From the NCBI GenBank assembly GCA_023247255.1, contig JAHFGV010000003.1, positions 5,315-69,314 on the forward strand: a DNA stretch of 64,000 nucleotides. The letters run 5' to 3'. Positions 1 to 9,394 of the stretch are shown here, piece after piece. The notes beneath the pieces were generated by a model. That model was not told the origin of the DNA. It searched no databases and saw only the letters and a program-made list of their open reading frames with translations. This DNA is from Candidatus Omnitrophota bacterium (lineage in GTDB: Bacteria; Omnitrophota; Gorgyraeia; Aquiviventales; Aquiviventaceae). Position 1 is the first letter of the stretch, and each line of letters opens with the position of its first letter. A program made the translations under genes and the position numbers.

Positions 1-439
1 AATGACCATGGCTGGTATAGGCGCACAGACACACGTCGCTGATCATCAGCAGCTCAGGCATCTGCGACTTAACGGCATTCAACGCTTGCTGCACGATCCC
101 ATCCTTGGCGAAAGCACATCTGGCCTGTTCATCTTTTCGATCCGCGCACCCAAACAGCAGCACGGCAGGAATGTTTCTCGCTGAAAGTTCCCGGCATTCC
201 TTCACCAGCTCATCCACCGACAGTTGAAACTGCCCCGGTAAGGAAGCAATGGGAACACGCACGTGCCTGCCTGAGCGGACAAACAGCGGCATGACCAATT
301 GATCGACGGACAGACGCCTCTGGCGCACCAAACGCCGAAAGGCTTCCCGCTGGCGCAGCCGACGAAGACGTTGGACGCCGGCAACTACGGCTATCTGTGG
401 AGCCACAGCCCGATGGCGGACTCGATTGTTCTTGAGCAC
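1..439 (-). CDS. hemB: Porphobilinogen synthase, 5' part (runs off window start)
   Basis: Not in ORF track; manual translation gives ...RLRRLR...LVMPLFV...SLPGQFQLSVD...AVLLFG...SDVCLCAYTSHGH; GTG start just downstream of cobA-hemD. Confidence 0.92.
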   Translation of the reverse strand, partial: MLKNNRVRHRAVAPQIAVVAGVQRLRRLRQREAFRRLVRQRRLSVDQLVMPLFVRSGRHVRVPIASLPGQFQLSVDELVKECRELSARNIPAVLLFGCADRKDEQARCAFAKDGIVQQALNAVKSQMPELLMISDVCLCAYTSHGH

Positions 440-440
440 T

Positions 441-2021
441 TTATGAATGCTGACGGCGGACATAGCGTGAGATCGCTGCGACTAAACCTTCAATGGTAGA
501 AACGGATGCCTCAAGCACGACGCACCCGCCACGGGCGCGGACCGCGCGAGAAGTCACAGGGCCTATGGACGCAAAGTGCAGATTCTTCATCAGCTGGGAT
601 TGCCCGCTCATCGCGAGTGCCTGAGCCAAGTGCTCCACACAACTGGCCGAGGTCACGCTTACCAAATCATAGGGACGCTCCAACAACTCGCTCAAGCGCT
701 TTGCAACGTTCTTGGGCATGACCGCTTGATAGATGGACACCTTCGTCACCGTCATCCCTCTTTGACGTAACCCCTGTTCTAAAACATCTCGACTACCCCG
801 GGCGCTGAAAATGACTGCTCGCTTGCCGACGCTGAATCGACGGGGAAACTCCTGGAGCATCCGCTGTTGGTTGAACCGGTTGGGAACGTAATCGACGTTG
901 ACGCCGGCTGCTTCAATCGCCGCAGCCGTTGCCGGACCGATGGCCCCGATACGACAACCCGCCAAGACACGGATGTCCTTGCGCATGCTTCCAAGCAGAC
1001 GCTTGAACCATCCCATACCCTCTGGGCTGGTGAAGAATACCCAATCCGTTTTTGATAATGTTCGAATGGCTTCACGGAAAAGGCCATTGGTATGGACAGC
1101 AGCCAGGCTGATTACAGGTAGACACTCCACCTCTGCCCCCAAGGTCTCCAATGGCTCCATGAGACTGTTTGCCTTTTCAGAAGATCGGGTCACTAGAACG
1201 CGCGTGCCAAACAGCGGTTTTGTCTCAAACCACGCAAGACGATCGCGCAGACTAACGACGTCACCGACAACAAATACCGCCGGGGGACGAATGCTGGCCT
1301 GCGCGGCCTGTCTTGCAATCGTATCCAAAGAACCTGTGACTACCCGTTGGGAAGACCGAGTGCCCTGTTCGATCACCGCACAGGGTTCATCTTTGGGCCT
1401 GGATGCTTGCTTCAAACGTTCCACGATGTTTGGCAGATTGCCGACGCTCATCAGAAACACCAGCGTATCCACCGCCGCACTTAAAGCCCCCCATCGGATC
1501 TGGGGAAAGGCCTTTGTGGGATCTTCGTGCCCGGTGATCACAGCCACGGATGACGAAAGCTCCCGGTGGGTAACGGGGATTCCTGCATAGGCCGGCACTG
1601 CAATGGCGCTTGTGACCCCGGGGACAATCTCAAAGCGTATGCGTGATTTCGCCAAGGCCAAGGCTTCTTCCCCCCCGCGACCAAAGAGCATGGGATCCCC
1701 TCCTTTCAATCGAACCACGCACTTTCCGGATTTGGCTTCGCGGATGAGTCGAGCGTTGATGACCTCCTGGCTGATGTTGTGAGTCTTAGGTTTCTTGCCG
1801 ACATACACCGACTTTGCTCCCTGAGGGCAATGTTTGAGGATCTCTGGGGAAACGAGGTGATCGTAGACGACCACATCTGCCTGACGCAAAAGCTCCAGAG
1901 CCTTCAGCGTAAGCAACTTCGGATCCCCAGGCCCTGCCCCCACGAGGTAGACAACCCCACGGCTTAATCTCGGATTTCGGATTTCGGATTTCGGATTAAG
2001 AGACATTTTTTGCCTATCCAC
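441..2021 (-). CDS. cobA: Uroporphyrinogen-III C-methyltransferase / uroporphyrinogen-III synthase fusion (CobA-HemD)
   Basis: VYLVGAGPGDP, RLKGGDP, VPGVTS motifs; C-terminal HemD half (VLVTR, FTSPEG, IGPAT, TSAS, SIGPVT). Confidence 0.95.
   Translation of the reverse strand: MDRQKMSLNPKSEIRNPRLSRGVVYLVGAGPGDPKLLTLKALELLRQADVVVYDHLVSPEILKHCPQGAKSVYVGKKPKTHNISQEVINARLIREAKSGKCVVRLKGGDPMLFGRGGEEALALAKSRIRFEIVPGVTSAIAVPAYAGIPVTHRELSSSVAVITGHEDPTKAFPQIRWGALSAAVDTLVFLMSVGNLPNIVERLKQASRPKDEPCAVIEQGTRSSQRVVTGSLDTIARQAAQASIRPPAVFVVGDVVSLRDRLAWFETKPLFGTRVLVTRSSEKANSLMEPLETLGAEVECLPVISLAAVHTNGLFREAIRTLSKTDWVFFTSPEGMGWFKRLLGSMRKDIRVLAGCRIGAIGPATAAAIEAAGVNVDYVPNRFNQQRMLQEFPRRFSVGKRAVIFSARGSRDVLEQGLRQRGMTVTKVSIYQAVMPKNVAKRLSELLERPYDLVSVTSASCVEHLAQALAMSGQSQLMKNLHFASIGPVTSRAVRARGGCVVLEASVSTIEGLVAAISRYVRRQHS
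1967..1997. repeat. Heptamer tandem array (ATTTCGG)n within the cobA 5' end
   Basis: atctcgg atttcgg atttcgg atttcgg att; translated as NPKSEIRNPR. Confidence 0.9.
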
Positions 2022-2026
2022 TCATA

Positions 2027-2264
2027 ACTGAGGTTTTGCAAAATGCATCGAGATTAGTGGCAGCGCTCACGTCTGTGTCATGAGTCATGTGTTATGTGTC
2101 ATGAAAGACTGTTTCATGTTTCATGTATCATGAGTCATGGAAAGCAAAAGGCATACTTTGGCCGTGCTTGAGATGCCTGTTTATTTTCTGCTTTTTCATG
2201 ACACATGACTCATGAAACATGACACAATCCTCCAACGCGTTGGCTATTTTTGCAAAAGCCCAGT
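2027..2264. mobile_element. Repeat family A copy 1 (MITE-like, imperfect terminal inverted repeats, heptamer-rich core)
   Basis: Ends ACTGAGGTTTTGCAAAA ... TTTTGCAAAAGCCCAGT; internal TGTGTCA/TGAGTCA/TGTTTCA heptamers; homologous to 22021, 39764, 41247, 47777. Confidence 0.85.
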
Positions 2265-2265
2265 C

Positions 2266-2762
2266 ATAAGTTTCCCCACACCCCTTCAGGGTTCAAATCC
2301 CGCCATGATGAAAAAAGCGCGCCTGGCGGATATGAACCGTCGCTCGGTTTCGCCTCGCTCCCTGAGGGGAACTCAATGTTCCCCTCAGTACTCCCTTCCT
2401 AACTACGTGGGGAAACTATAGTTTCCCTACACCCCTTCAGGGTTCAAATCCCGCTACAATGGAAAAACGCGCGCCTGGCGGGATTTGAACCCACGGCATC
2501 CAGCTCCGGAGGCTGGCGCTCTATCCGCTGAGCTACAGGCGCGTCGGAACTCGGCTATTGCCTCGTTCCTCCCTGAGGGGAACCCAGCGTTCCCCTCAGT
2601 ACTCCCTTCCTAACTACGTAGGGAAACTATAGTTTCCCTACACCCCTTCAGCGCCTTCGTCTCAACTCAGGCGCGTCGGAACTCGGCTATCGCCTCGTTC
2701 CTCCCTGAGGGGAACCCAGCGTTTCCCTCAGTTCTCCCCTCCTAACTACGTGGGGAAACTAT
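2266..2762. repeat. Repeat family H: tandem double-hairpin units surrounding tRNA-Arg
   Basis: Unit CTGAGGGGAAC-N5-GTTCCCCTCAG...GGGAAACTATAGTTTCCC..ACCCCTTCAG at ~2343-2440 and ~2546-2651; partial at 2266-2289 and ~2678-2762. Confidence 0.9.
2470..2542 (-). tRNA. tRNA-Arg (anticodon CCG), CCA not encoded
   Basis: Reverse complement GCGCCTGTAGCTCAGCGGATAGAGCGCCAGCCTCCGGAGCTGGATGCCGTGGGTTCAAATCCCGCCAGGCGCG folds as a cloverleaf; anticodon loop CTCCGGA. Confidence 0.97.
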
Positions 2763-2771
2763 GGATTGGTG

Positions 2772-4085
2772 TCAATCTGTTGCGGTAAATCCAGCAGAAA
2801 GCTTCCAAATTTCGCCACCCTTGTCGTTCCTCGTACCGGCATAGAGTTGTCCTCGGAAAGCCAAGAGTGAGAAGATTGAACTGTTCTCTATGTCGCCGAA
2901 GCCACTACGCACAGGTGCCTCTGGGCCGACCAGACACTGCCAGATTATCCCATCGTGGCTGGCCCAGAGCTGGGCACCGTGGTCAATGTTTGTCGTACCG
3001 AGAAACAGCTGATCGCCCAGCACAGCCAACGAAACTAGACCGACGTTACCAGACAGGCCAAAGCCCATCGGATAGCGCGCGGGCAAATCCCCAACGACAA
3101 CTTCCCAAGTAGTACCGTCTGGACTTCGCCAGAGCGCCCCACCTTCACTGGCTCGGTCCCAGACTGCCGCATACAGATAACCTTTGAAACTAGCCAGATC
3201 GAAAATCATATCATGGCTGACATGACCCATACCAGCGCGGTAGGCTGAGGGAGAGCCGACGGTTGCTTCCCAAAATCGGCCCTCCTGTGTACGCCAAATC
3301 TCGGAACCACCGGTACGCTGATCGCCTGTGGCGAAATAGAGCCAGCCGTTGAAAACCTCGGCATCCAGCAGGTACTTGCTCTCGCGGGCAAAGGCTGTCT
3401 GCAATGCGAATCGCTCTCCCGCAATCGGCTCCCAGGTTTGGCTCTTCGCATGAAGTGACCAGACCTCGACTCCGTCCTTGCAGTACAGGCTGCCGGTGCC
3501 AGCGAAGAGTTGGTCACGGAATACCGCCAGCGCCGTGATGCCGGAGTTCTCCTGCTTGCCAAAACCGCCCGCCATTGGCACACCATGACCGATGACCAAT
3601 GTCCAAGTCATTCCATCAGGACTGCGCCAGAGCTCAGCACCGTCGATTTCGTTCCAAGTACCGGCGTACAAGTGGTCATCGAAGACCACAAGGGCGTTGA
3701 TCGACTCATTGTGGGGATTCCCGAAGCCGCTAGGCGTAGCCGTCCCAGGCCCGATCACACGTTCCCAGGTAGTGCCATCTAGGCTGCGGAGTAATTGGCA
3801 GCCCTTGTTTTCGTCAAAACCACCGGCGAACAACATGCCTTGGAATTTCACGAGTGGATCAAAGAGCCCGACCTCAGAATCGCCGAAGCCTGCTTGAACC
3901 ACTCGATTCCAGCGTCCGGTAGTATCCGCAATCTCCTCGATGCGTGCGGTCGGCTCTTCGGCAGAAGCAACTGCCAAGACTTCGGCAGAAGCAACTGCCA
4001 AGATAGATAGGAGACTAACCCTGACGCCTAAACTACAGCCACCAATCTGTGAGAATACCCGTCGTCTGGAATCGGGTCTTGCCAT
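2772..4085 (-). CDS. Secreted repeat protein, probable beta-propeller (BNR/Asp-box-like)
   Basis: Signal-like N-terminus; six ~60-aa repeats GFG..N..I..L..F...LYAGT....GxELWRSxDGxTW. Confidence 0.75.
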   Translation of the reverse strand: MARPDSRRRVFSQIGGCSLGVRVSLLSILAVASAEVLAVASAEEPTARIEEIADTTGRWNRVVQAGFGDSEVGLFDPLVKFQGMLFAGGFDENKGCQLLRSLDGTTWERVIGPGTATPSGFGNPHNESINALVVFDDHLYAGTWNEIDGAELWRSPDGMTWTLVIGHGVPMAGGFGKQENSGITALAVFRDQLFAGTGSLYCKDGVEVWSLHAKSQTWEPIAGERFALQTAFARESKYLLDAEVFNGWLYFATGDQRTGGSEIWRTQEGRFWEATVGSPSAYRAGMGHVSHDMIFDLASFKGYLYAAVWDRASEGGALWRSPDGTTWEVVVGDLPARYPMGFGLSGNVGLVSLAVLGDQLFLGTTNIDHGAQLWASHDGIIWQCLVGPEAPVRSGFGDIENSSIFSLLAFRGQLYAGTRNDKGGEIWKLSAGFTATD

Positions 4086-4178
4086 TTGGGCCAGAAAAAA
4101 AGGTTCTATGCGCCTTATCGCGTGAGTAAGACCTTTGCTCCTTGTAAAATCAAAGTTGGAAATTTCTCATCCCTGCAT

Positions 4179-4245
4179 AGGGTCAGGCATTCATTATCCT
4201 AATTATTCGGATTCAATCCAAATACTTAACATATTGAATGACCCC
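4179..4245. repeat. Repeat family G copy 1 (GGGTCAGGCATTCA...TGAATG(CCTG)ACCCC)
   Basis: Shares ends and TAATTATTCGG / AACATATTGAATG blocks with 10594-10707 and 11753-11820. Confidence 0.8.
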
Positions 4246-5168
4246 TAATTTTGCTTCAGCAAATGGAGGGCTCCTTGCGAAATAAGGCGGCGAGCCAATT
4301 GTTCTCCAAGGTTGATAGGATCATTCAGGGGACCCTGAGTCTGTCCACGCACCAACTGTGTTCCATCGGGACGAGCTACCATACCGTCAAGCTCTAGGGT
4401 GTCCTGCCGGTAAGACGCATAAGCGGCAATGGGAACCCGGCAGCCACCTCCCAGAGCGCGCAAGAATGCGCGCTCTGCCTCGACACAAGCCCGGTTTTTC
4501 TTGTTGCCCAATGGTTGTAACAGCTCTAGGGTTTCTGGATCGTCTTCACGCGCCTCAAGCGCTAAGGCTCCCTGGCCCGGCTCCGGAAGCATGACATCCA
4601 GTCCCAGAAACTCTGTGATCCGATCTTCAAGCCCAAGACGAATCAGGCCACAGGCCGCCACAACGATTGCGTCGTATTGTCCTTCGTCCAGCTTGCGCAA
4701 CCGGCTATCCACATTGCCGCGTATATCGATCATCTTTAGATCCCGGCGAGCATGCAACAATTGGCTCCGTCGACGAAGGCTGGACGTTCCCACGCGCGAT
4801 CCGATGGGAAGATCCGCCAGCTTTTTTGCTCCTCGGGATACCAAAGCATCGCGGGGCTCTTCACGTTTCAACACGGCGGCGAGACTTAGTCCCTGCGGCA
4901 GATCCAAGGGCAAGTCCTTGAGGCTGTGCACAGCCACGTCGATGGCATTGTCTTGCAAGGCGATCTCAAGCTCTTTGACGAAAATTCCCTCCCCCGCGAT
5001 TTCAGTCAGGGGCCGTTGCGAATCTTTATCCGCCTGGGCCTGGATGACTACACGTTCGATCACACGATCCGTGGCGCGTTGCTCAAGGATCGTCTGCACG
5101 ATCCGAGCCTGGGCTACTGCTAAGGAACTGCCACGAGTTCCGAGACGGATGGGACGTGAGGCGTGCAT
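4245..5168 (-). CDS. hemC: Hydroxymethylbilane synthase
   Basis: LGTRGSSLA, FVKELE, AVHSLKD, GTSSLRR, IRGNVD, GGGCRVP. Confidence 0.97.
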   Translation of the reverse strand: MHASRPIRLGTRGSSLAVAQARIVQTILEQRATDRVIERVVIQAQADKDSQRPLTEIAGEGIFVKELEIALQDNAIDVAVHSLKDLPLDLPQGLSLAAVLKREEPRDALVSRGAKKLADLPIGSRVGTSSLRRRSQLLHARRDLKMIDIRGNVDSRLRKLDEGQYDAIVVAACGLIRLGLEDRITEFLGLDVMLPEPGQGALALEAREDDPETLELLQPLGNKKNRACVEAERAFLRALGGGCRVPIAAYASYRQDTLELDGMVARPDGTQLVRGQTQGPLNDPINLGEQLARRLISQGALHLLKQN

Positions 5169-6193
5169 CGTGATCGTTCGTTGGTCCACCAACGGAGGAA
5201 GTGCTCGACCTTTGCATGGAGAATCGCCCGGGAATGCGAAAGGGAAGCCTCTCGCTGTTGATAGGTCTGCGTGATGAGCTCCTGAAGATCGTCGATATTG
5301 AAAAGATAGACATTATCCATCCGCCCGCTGGCTGGATCTATATTTCGGGGAAGCCCCAGATCGATCAGGCATAATGGCCGATGGTGTCGTGTGCGCATCG
5401 CCTGTGCAATGTCTGTCTGCCTCAATAGGTACGCGGGAGCGGTTGCTGAACTGATCACGATATCCGCATCCAGCAGCTGATCCTGAAGCTGATCCAAAGA
5501 TACAAGGCTGGCTGCATAGCTCTGCGCCAAGCTCTGGATACGATCGGCAGTACGGTTGACGATCCGCAAACGGCTCGCACCTCTGGCGACGAGGTGTTTA
5601 AGCGTCGCTTCCCCGATCTTTCCAGCACCCACGAGAACAACGGTGGCTCGGTTGAGCCTGCCGAAGATTTTTTCGGAAAGCTCGACTGCAAGCGTCGCAA
5701 TCGATGCACAGCCCTGCCCGATCGCCGTCTGCGACCGAACCGCCTTGGCGGCATTGAAGGCTCGTTGAAAAAGCACGTTGAACACTTTGCCCGTCGATCC
5801 CGCTTCTTTTGCCACAGCGTAGGCGCGTTTGACCTGATGCAGGATCTCGGACTCACCGAGCACCATTGAATCCAATCCACTGGCCACTGCAAAAAGATGC
5901 TGGACACTCCCTGGCTCTGCCGTCTGATAACACCTCGACGTCACTAGATGATGGTCCAAGCGACCATGGCTGCTGAGGAAATGTTGGAGCCGGGGTATGC
6001 CCTGTTGCCAGTCGGGCACACCGGCATAGATTTCGATTCGATTACACGTCGAGAGAATCGCACTTTCGCGCAATCCCATTTCCACGCGCAATCGTGCCAG
6101 CGCCTGGGGGAGTTGTTCGGATGTAAAGGCTAGCTTCTCACGAAGCTCAATCGGCGCCGACCGATAATTGAGCCCTACCACCACAATGTGCAT
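5120..6193 (-). CDS. hemA: Glutamyl-tRNA reductase (short C-terminus)
   Basis: VVGLNY..APIELRE, LSTCNRIE, GLDSMVLGESEI, GAGKIG, IDLGLPRNID. Confidence 0.96.
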   Translation of the reverse strand: MHIVVVGLNYRSAPIELREKLAFTSEQLPQALARLRVEMGLRESAILSTCNRIEIYAGVPDWQQGIPRLQHFLSSHGRLDHHLVTSRCYQTAEPGSVQHLFAVASGLDSMVLGESEILHQVKRAYAVAKEAGSTGKVFNVLFQRAFNAAKAVRSQTAIGQGCASIATLAVELSEKIFGRLNRATVVLVGAGKIGEATLKHLVARGASRLRIVNRTADRIQSLAQSYAASLVSLDQLQDQLLDADIVISSATAPAYLLRQTDIAQAMRTRHHRPLCLIDLGLPRNIDPASGRMDNVYLFNIDDLQELITQTYQQREASLSHSRAILHAKVEHFLRWWTNERSRCTPHVPSVSELVAVP

Positions 6194-6197
6194 CGTC

Positions 6198-6686
6198 TTA
6201 TTGACCCGCGATCCGTAGCCGGTGGGCCGTTGACGCATCGGCTACTTTATAAGGATGCCGCGAGGCCAACAACCATCCCGCTCCGAGACAGGTGAATAAA
6301 ACGAGGCTAAACCCCAGGATGGAAAGCAGGGCGACAGGTCTGCCGCGTAACGTCGAACGCAGACGCACCAGAAACAGGAGAAAATAACCGCTCCACAATA
6401 ACAGCGTAAGGTACACTTTGGGGTCGTCCACCCACCAGCGACCCAAAAGTGTGCGCTGTCCCAGGATTCCGTAGAATACGCCCAGGCTCAAGAGTCCGAA
6501 TCCAAGACCGATCGCCAAGAGGTTCACTCGATCTAAGGCTCCCAAGGATGGCAACCGATGGAACAACGCCCCCATACGCTTACGCTTGATCTGGCGCTCC
6601 TGCAGCAGAAACAACAGGCCGCTGCCAAAAGCTACCAGGAACGCGACGTAACTCAGCCAGGAACATACCGTGTGCCACGTGAGCAT
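6198..6686 (-). CDS. CcsA/HemX-like cytochrome c assembly membrane protein
   Basis: Four hydrophobic segments, LPSL..LD, WWVDDPK motif, terminal His; position directly upstream of hemA. Confidence 0.8.
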   Translation of the reverse strand: MLTWHTVCSWLSYVAFLVAFGSGLLFLLQERQIKRKRMGALFHRLPSLGALDRVNLLAIGLGFGLLSLGVFYGILGQRTLLGRWWVDDPKVYLTLLLWSGYFLLFLVRLRSTLRGRPVALLSILGFSLVLFTCLGAGWLLASRHPYKVADASTAHRLRIAGQ

Positions 6687-6690
6687 TGCC

Positions 6691-7371
6691 CTATTCTTTT
6701 CCGTCGCTCATCGCACGTCGGTCGTAGGAAGGATACCCAGCGAGCAGTTCGGAAGCCTTCTGTTGGGCCTTCTTAAGCTGTCCGCCCCGCACCAGCTCAA
6801 AGACTGGCCCATCGAAGAGACACTTGAAATAACGCTTGCGCGCCTCAGGATGGCTGAGATGCTCGTGGACTTTAGGACGTAAGGCTTCGACGAACCTCAA
6901 CATCCTGGCCTGCTTGGGACTTGCTATGCGAGCAAGATCCTGTCGGAGTCGCTTGGCCAAAAGCGGACTTCTGCCTCCTGTGCTGAAGGCCACGGTCAAG
7001 GCGCCCCGTCGATAAATCGAAGGCGCGATAAAGGAACAGAGTCTGGGTTGATCCACGACATTGGCAAAGATGCCAAGGCTCGTCGCGGCACGAGCAGCGC
7101 GGGTATTAATCGCGGGATCGTCAGTCGCTGAGATGATCAACCAAGCCCCTCGAAAATCGTCGCGGCGGACAACTCGTGAAAGGTATCGAAGACGCCCTCG
7201 ACGTGCGGCAGTCTGAAGACCACGCGTCACACTTGGGCTCACGACGGTCACAGAAGCCCCTGCACGCAACAATCCCAAGGCCTTTCGCTGTGCGATCATC
7301 CCCCCACCTACCACCACGCACCGACGGCCAGTCAGATCGACAAACAATGGATAATACCTTGGTCGACTCAT
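6691..7371 (-). CDS. Precorrin-2 dehydrogenase/sirohydrochlorin ferrochelatase (SirC/CysG N-terminal type)
   Basis: YYPLFVDL, VVGGGMIAQRK, NVVDQP..CSFIAPS, STGGRSP. Confidence 0.92.
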   Translation of the reverse strand: MSRPRYYPLFVDLTGRRCVVVGGGMIAQRKALGLLRAGASVTVVSPSVTRGLQTAARRGRLRYLSRVVRRDDFRGAWLIISATDDPAINTRAARAATSLGIFANVVDQPRLCSFIAPSIYRRGALTVAFSTGGRSPLLAKRLRQDLARIASPKQARMLRFVEALRPKVHEHLSHPEARKRYFKCLFDGPVFELVRGGQLKKAQQKASELLAGYPSYDRRAMSDGKE

Positions 7372-7383
7372 GGGCGGAACTGT

Positions 7384-8211
7384 CTAAAGACCTATTTCTT
7401 CCGGTTTCATGGACACCGTGTGTTCCTTGTCTGGAAACCGACCGGATTTGACGTCTCGCACATAAGCGGCCGCCGCTTGTCGAATGACCGGAGCCAGCTC
7501 GGCATAGCGTTTGACGAATCGAGGCTTGAAGCGTTCAAACAATCCCAAAAGGTCATAGGTAACCAGGACCTGGCCGTCACAAAAAACACCGGAACCAATC
7601 CCAATCGTCGGGATACGAAGCCGCCTGGTAATCTCCTGAGCCAGAACGTCCGGCAGACATTCCAGAACGACAGAAAAGCATCCTAACTCTTCCATGGCTG
7701 TGGCCTGCGTGAGCAATCGGGCAGCAGAGGAAGCATCCTTGCCGCGCATCCCAAAACCCCCTTCGTTGGCCGCCGTCTGAGGAGTCAAACCCACATGGGC
7801 CATCACCGGGATGCCGGCTTTGACGATGGCGCTCACCACGCGTTCGATGTCTGGCTTCCACTCGACTTTGACGGCCTCGCAGCCAGCTTCCTCAATAAAA
7901 CGCCGAGCGTGGCGCACGGTCTGCTCGATCGAAGACTCAAATGCCATAAGGGGCATGTCCCCAACGAGCAAGGCTCTTGAAACCCCGCGTCTGGCTGCTT
8001 TGGCGTGATGGAGCATTTCCTCCATCGTCACGGGAGCGGTCGTCTCATAGCCCAGCACCACCATGCCGAGGGAATCTCCAACCAGCACGATATCGAGTGC
8101 GGCTTCATCCAAGAGCTTGGCCATCGGGCAGTCATAGGCCGTAAGCATCGTGATCTTCTCTGCTTTGGCCTTGGCCTGTCGGATGGCATCCACCGTCACC
8201 TTCGCCATCAA
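7384..8211 (-). CDS. panB: 3-methyl-2-oxobutanoate hydroxymethyltransferase
   Basis: MLTAYD, LVGDSLGMV, HVGLTPQ, TIGIGSG..CDGQVLV. Confidence 0.97.
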   Translation of the reverse strand: MMAKVTVDAIRQAKAKAEKITMLTAYDCPMAKLLDEAALDIVLVGDSLGMVVLGYETTAPVTMEEMLHHAKAARRGVSRALLVGDMPLMAFESSIEQTVRHARRFIEEAGCEAVKVEWKPDIERVVSAIVKAGIPVMAHVGLTPQTAANEGGFGMRGKDASSAARLLTQATAMEELGCFSVVLECLPDVLAQEITRRLRIPTIGIGSGVFCDGQVLVTYDLLGLFERFKPRFVKRYAELAPVIRQAAAAYVRDVKSGRFPDKEHTVSMKPEEIGL

Positions 8212-8247
8212 TACTTTCGCTGCGCAAGATTGATTTTTTCTCCTAGA

Positions 8248-8334
8248 CAGGTTGCTGAAAAACCCCTAGGGATACCCAGGCTGCTCAAAAAGGTACAGAT
8301 GCAACGCCGCAGATGCGCCTTTTTCAGCAGCCTG
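8248..8334. mobile_element. Repeat family D copy 1 (short 87-bp form)
   Basis: TIR CAGGTTGCTGAAAAA ... TTTTTCAGCAGCCTG; homologous to 27296-27386 and 62071-62716. Confidence 0.85.
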
Positions 8335-8346
8335 CGATGTCCCGGA

Positions 8347-9309
8347 TCAGTTCATCAACTCCTGACGCACGGCTTGCGCGGCTTCTACGACTACGCGTAG
8401 TTTCTCTTTTGCTTCCTCGGGCGTGCGCGTTTTGAGGCCGCAATCCGGATCCACGTAAATCTGATCCGGCTTGAAAACCTTCAGGGCCTTCTTTAAGTTC
8501 GCGACCACTTCTTTCGTGGACTCAACCCTGTGGTTATGCACATCGACGACCCCTAATCCGATTGCTTTCGGAAAACGTTTTCCCTTGAAGAATGCCAGCA
8601 ACTCAAAGCCCCGATTGGCAAACTCTAAGTCAATCTGATCCACGGGAAGCCGACGCAGCTTCGGCCCGATCGTTTTAAAGTCCCCATAGCAAATGTGAGT
8701 AATCGTGTGCGCGCGCAGCCCCCGAGTCACCAATCCAAGCGCCTCAATGGCCAGATCCATTTCCTCCGGACGGGTCGATATGGCAGGCTCATCAATTTGA
8801 ATGTACTGGGCCCCCGCGCGCTCCAGATCCTTGGCTTCTTCGTGAATCACACGGGCAATGGCAAGACTCGCTGCCCGGCGCGAGGGAAAATGCTCATTGA
8901 ACGACCAGTCCATGATCGTGTAAGGACCGGTCAGCATTCCCTTGACCGGCTTGCGGGTCTGTTTTTGCGCAAAACGCCACCAGTCGACGGTCACTGGCTT
9001 CGGACGGGTGATCTTGCCCGCTAGGATCGGCTTGCGGTAATATCGGTTGCCGTAGGAGCGGACCAGGCCGCTTTGCTTGAAACCTCCCAGATGTTCCGCG
9101 AAGTAGGCCACCATATCCCCGCGATACTGTTCTCCATCCACAAGAATGTCAATGCCGAGTTCCTCCTGAGCCTTAATCCATTCACCGGTGGCGCGCTGCT
9201 CCAGTTGCCTCAGCCTGGATGGATCCATCTCGCCGCGTCGCGTTTGACTGCGGGCTTGAGTCAAGTAATCCGGTTTCGGAAGGCTTCCCACCGACGTCGT
9301 CAGTAACAT
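8347..9309 (-). CDS. metE: Cobalamin-independent methionine synthase, catalytic (Zn-binding) half
   Basis: TTSVGSLPKP, DGEQYR, KGMLTGP, IQIDEP, THICYG, PDCGLK; the longer track ORF only adds repeat-derived residues. Confidence 0.9.
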   Translation of the reverse strand: MLLTTSVGSLPKPDYLTQARSQTRRGEMDPSRLRQLEQRATGEWIKAQEELGIDILVDGEQYRGDMVAYFAEHLGGFKQSGLVRSYGNRYYRKPILAGKITRPKPVTVDWWRFAQKQTRKPVKGMLTGPYTIMDWSFNEHFPSRRAASLAIARVIHEEAKDLERAGAQYIQIDEPAISTRPEEMDLAIEALGLVTRGLRAHTITHICYGDFKTIGPKLRRLPVDQIDLEFANRGFELLAFFKGKRFPKAIGLGVVDVHNHRVESTKEVVANLKKALKVFKPDQIYVDPDCGLKTRTPEEAKEKLRVVVEAAQAVRQELMN

Positions 9310-9338
9310 CTTCGACTCCTTTTCTGCTGTCGCACGGC

Positions 9339-9394
9339 CCTGAGCCCCGAACCCAGAACCCTGAGCCAAGAGGGGTTTTTCAGCATTCTGCTAG
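9339..9394. repeat. Repeat family I copy 1: heptamer array fused to a D-like end
   Basis: CCTGAGC CCCGAAC CCAGAAC CCTGAGC CAAGAGGGGTTTTTCAGCATTCTGCTAG; similar at 25072 and 37540. Confidence 0.8.

Noticed and set aside
2319-2338. attR of an integrated prophage or island
   Set aside because: The duplicated tRNA 3' end is only ~150 bp from the tRNA and there is no integrase.
2266-2762. CRISPR array
   Set aside because: Units are ~100 bp, few and irregularly spaced, one interval is a tRNA, and no cas genes are present.
4429-5274. Long plus-strand ORFs (also 898-1590, 9430-10617, 27777-28499)
   Set aside because: Antisense shadows of well-supported minus-strand genes, with no recognisable motifs.
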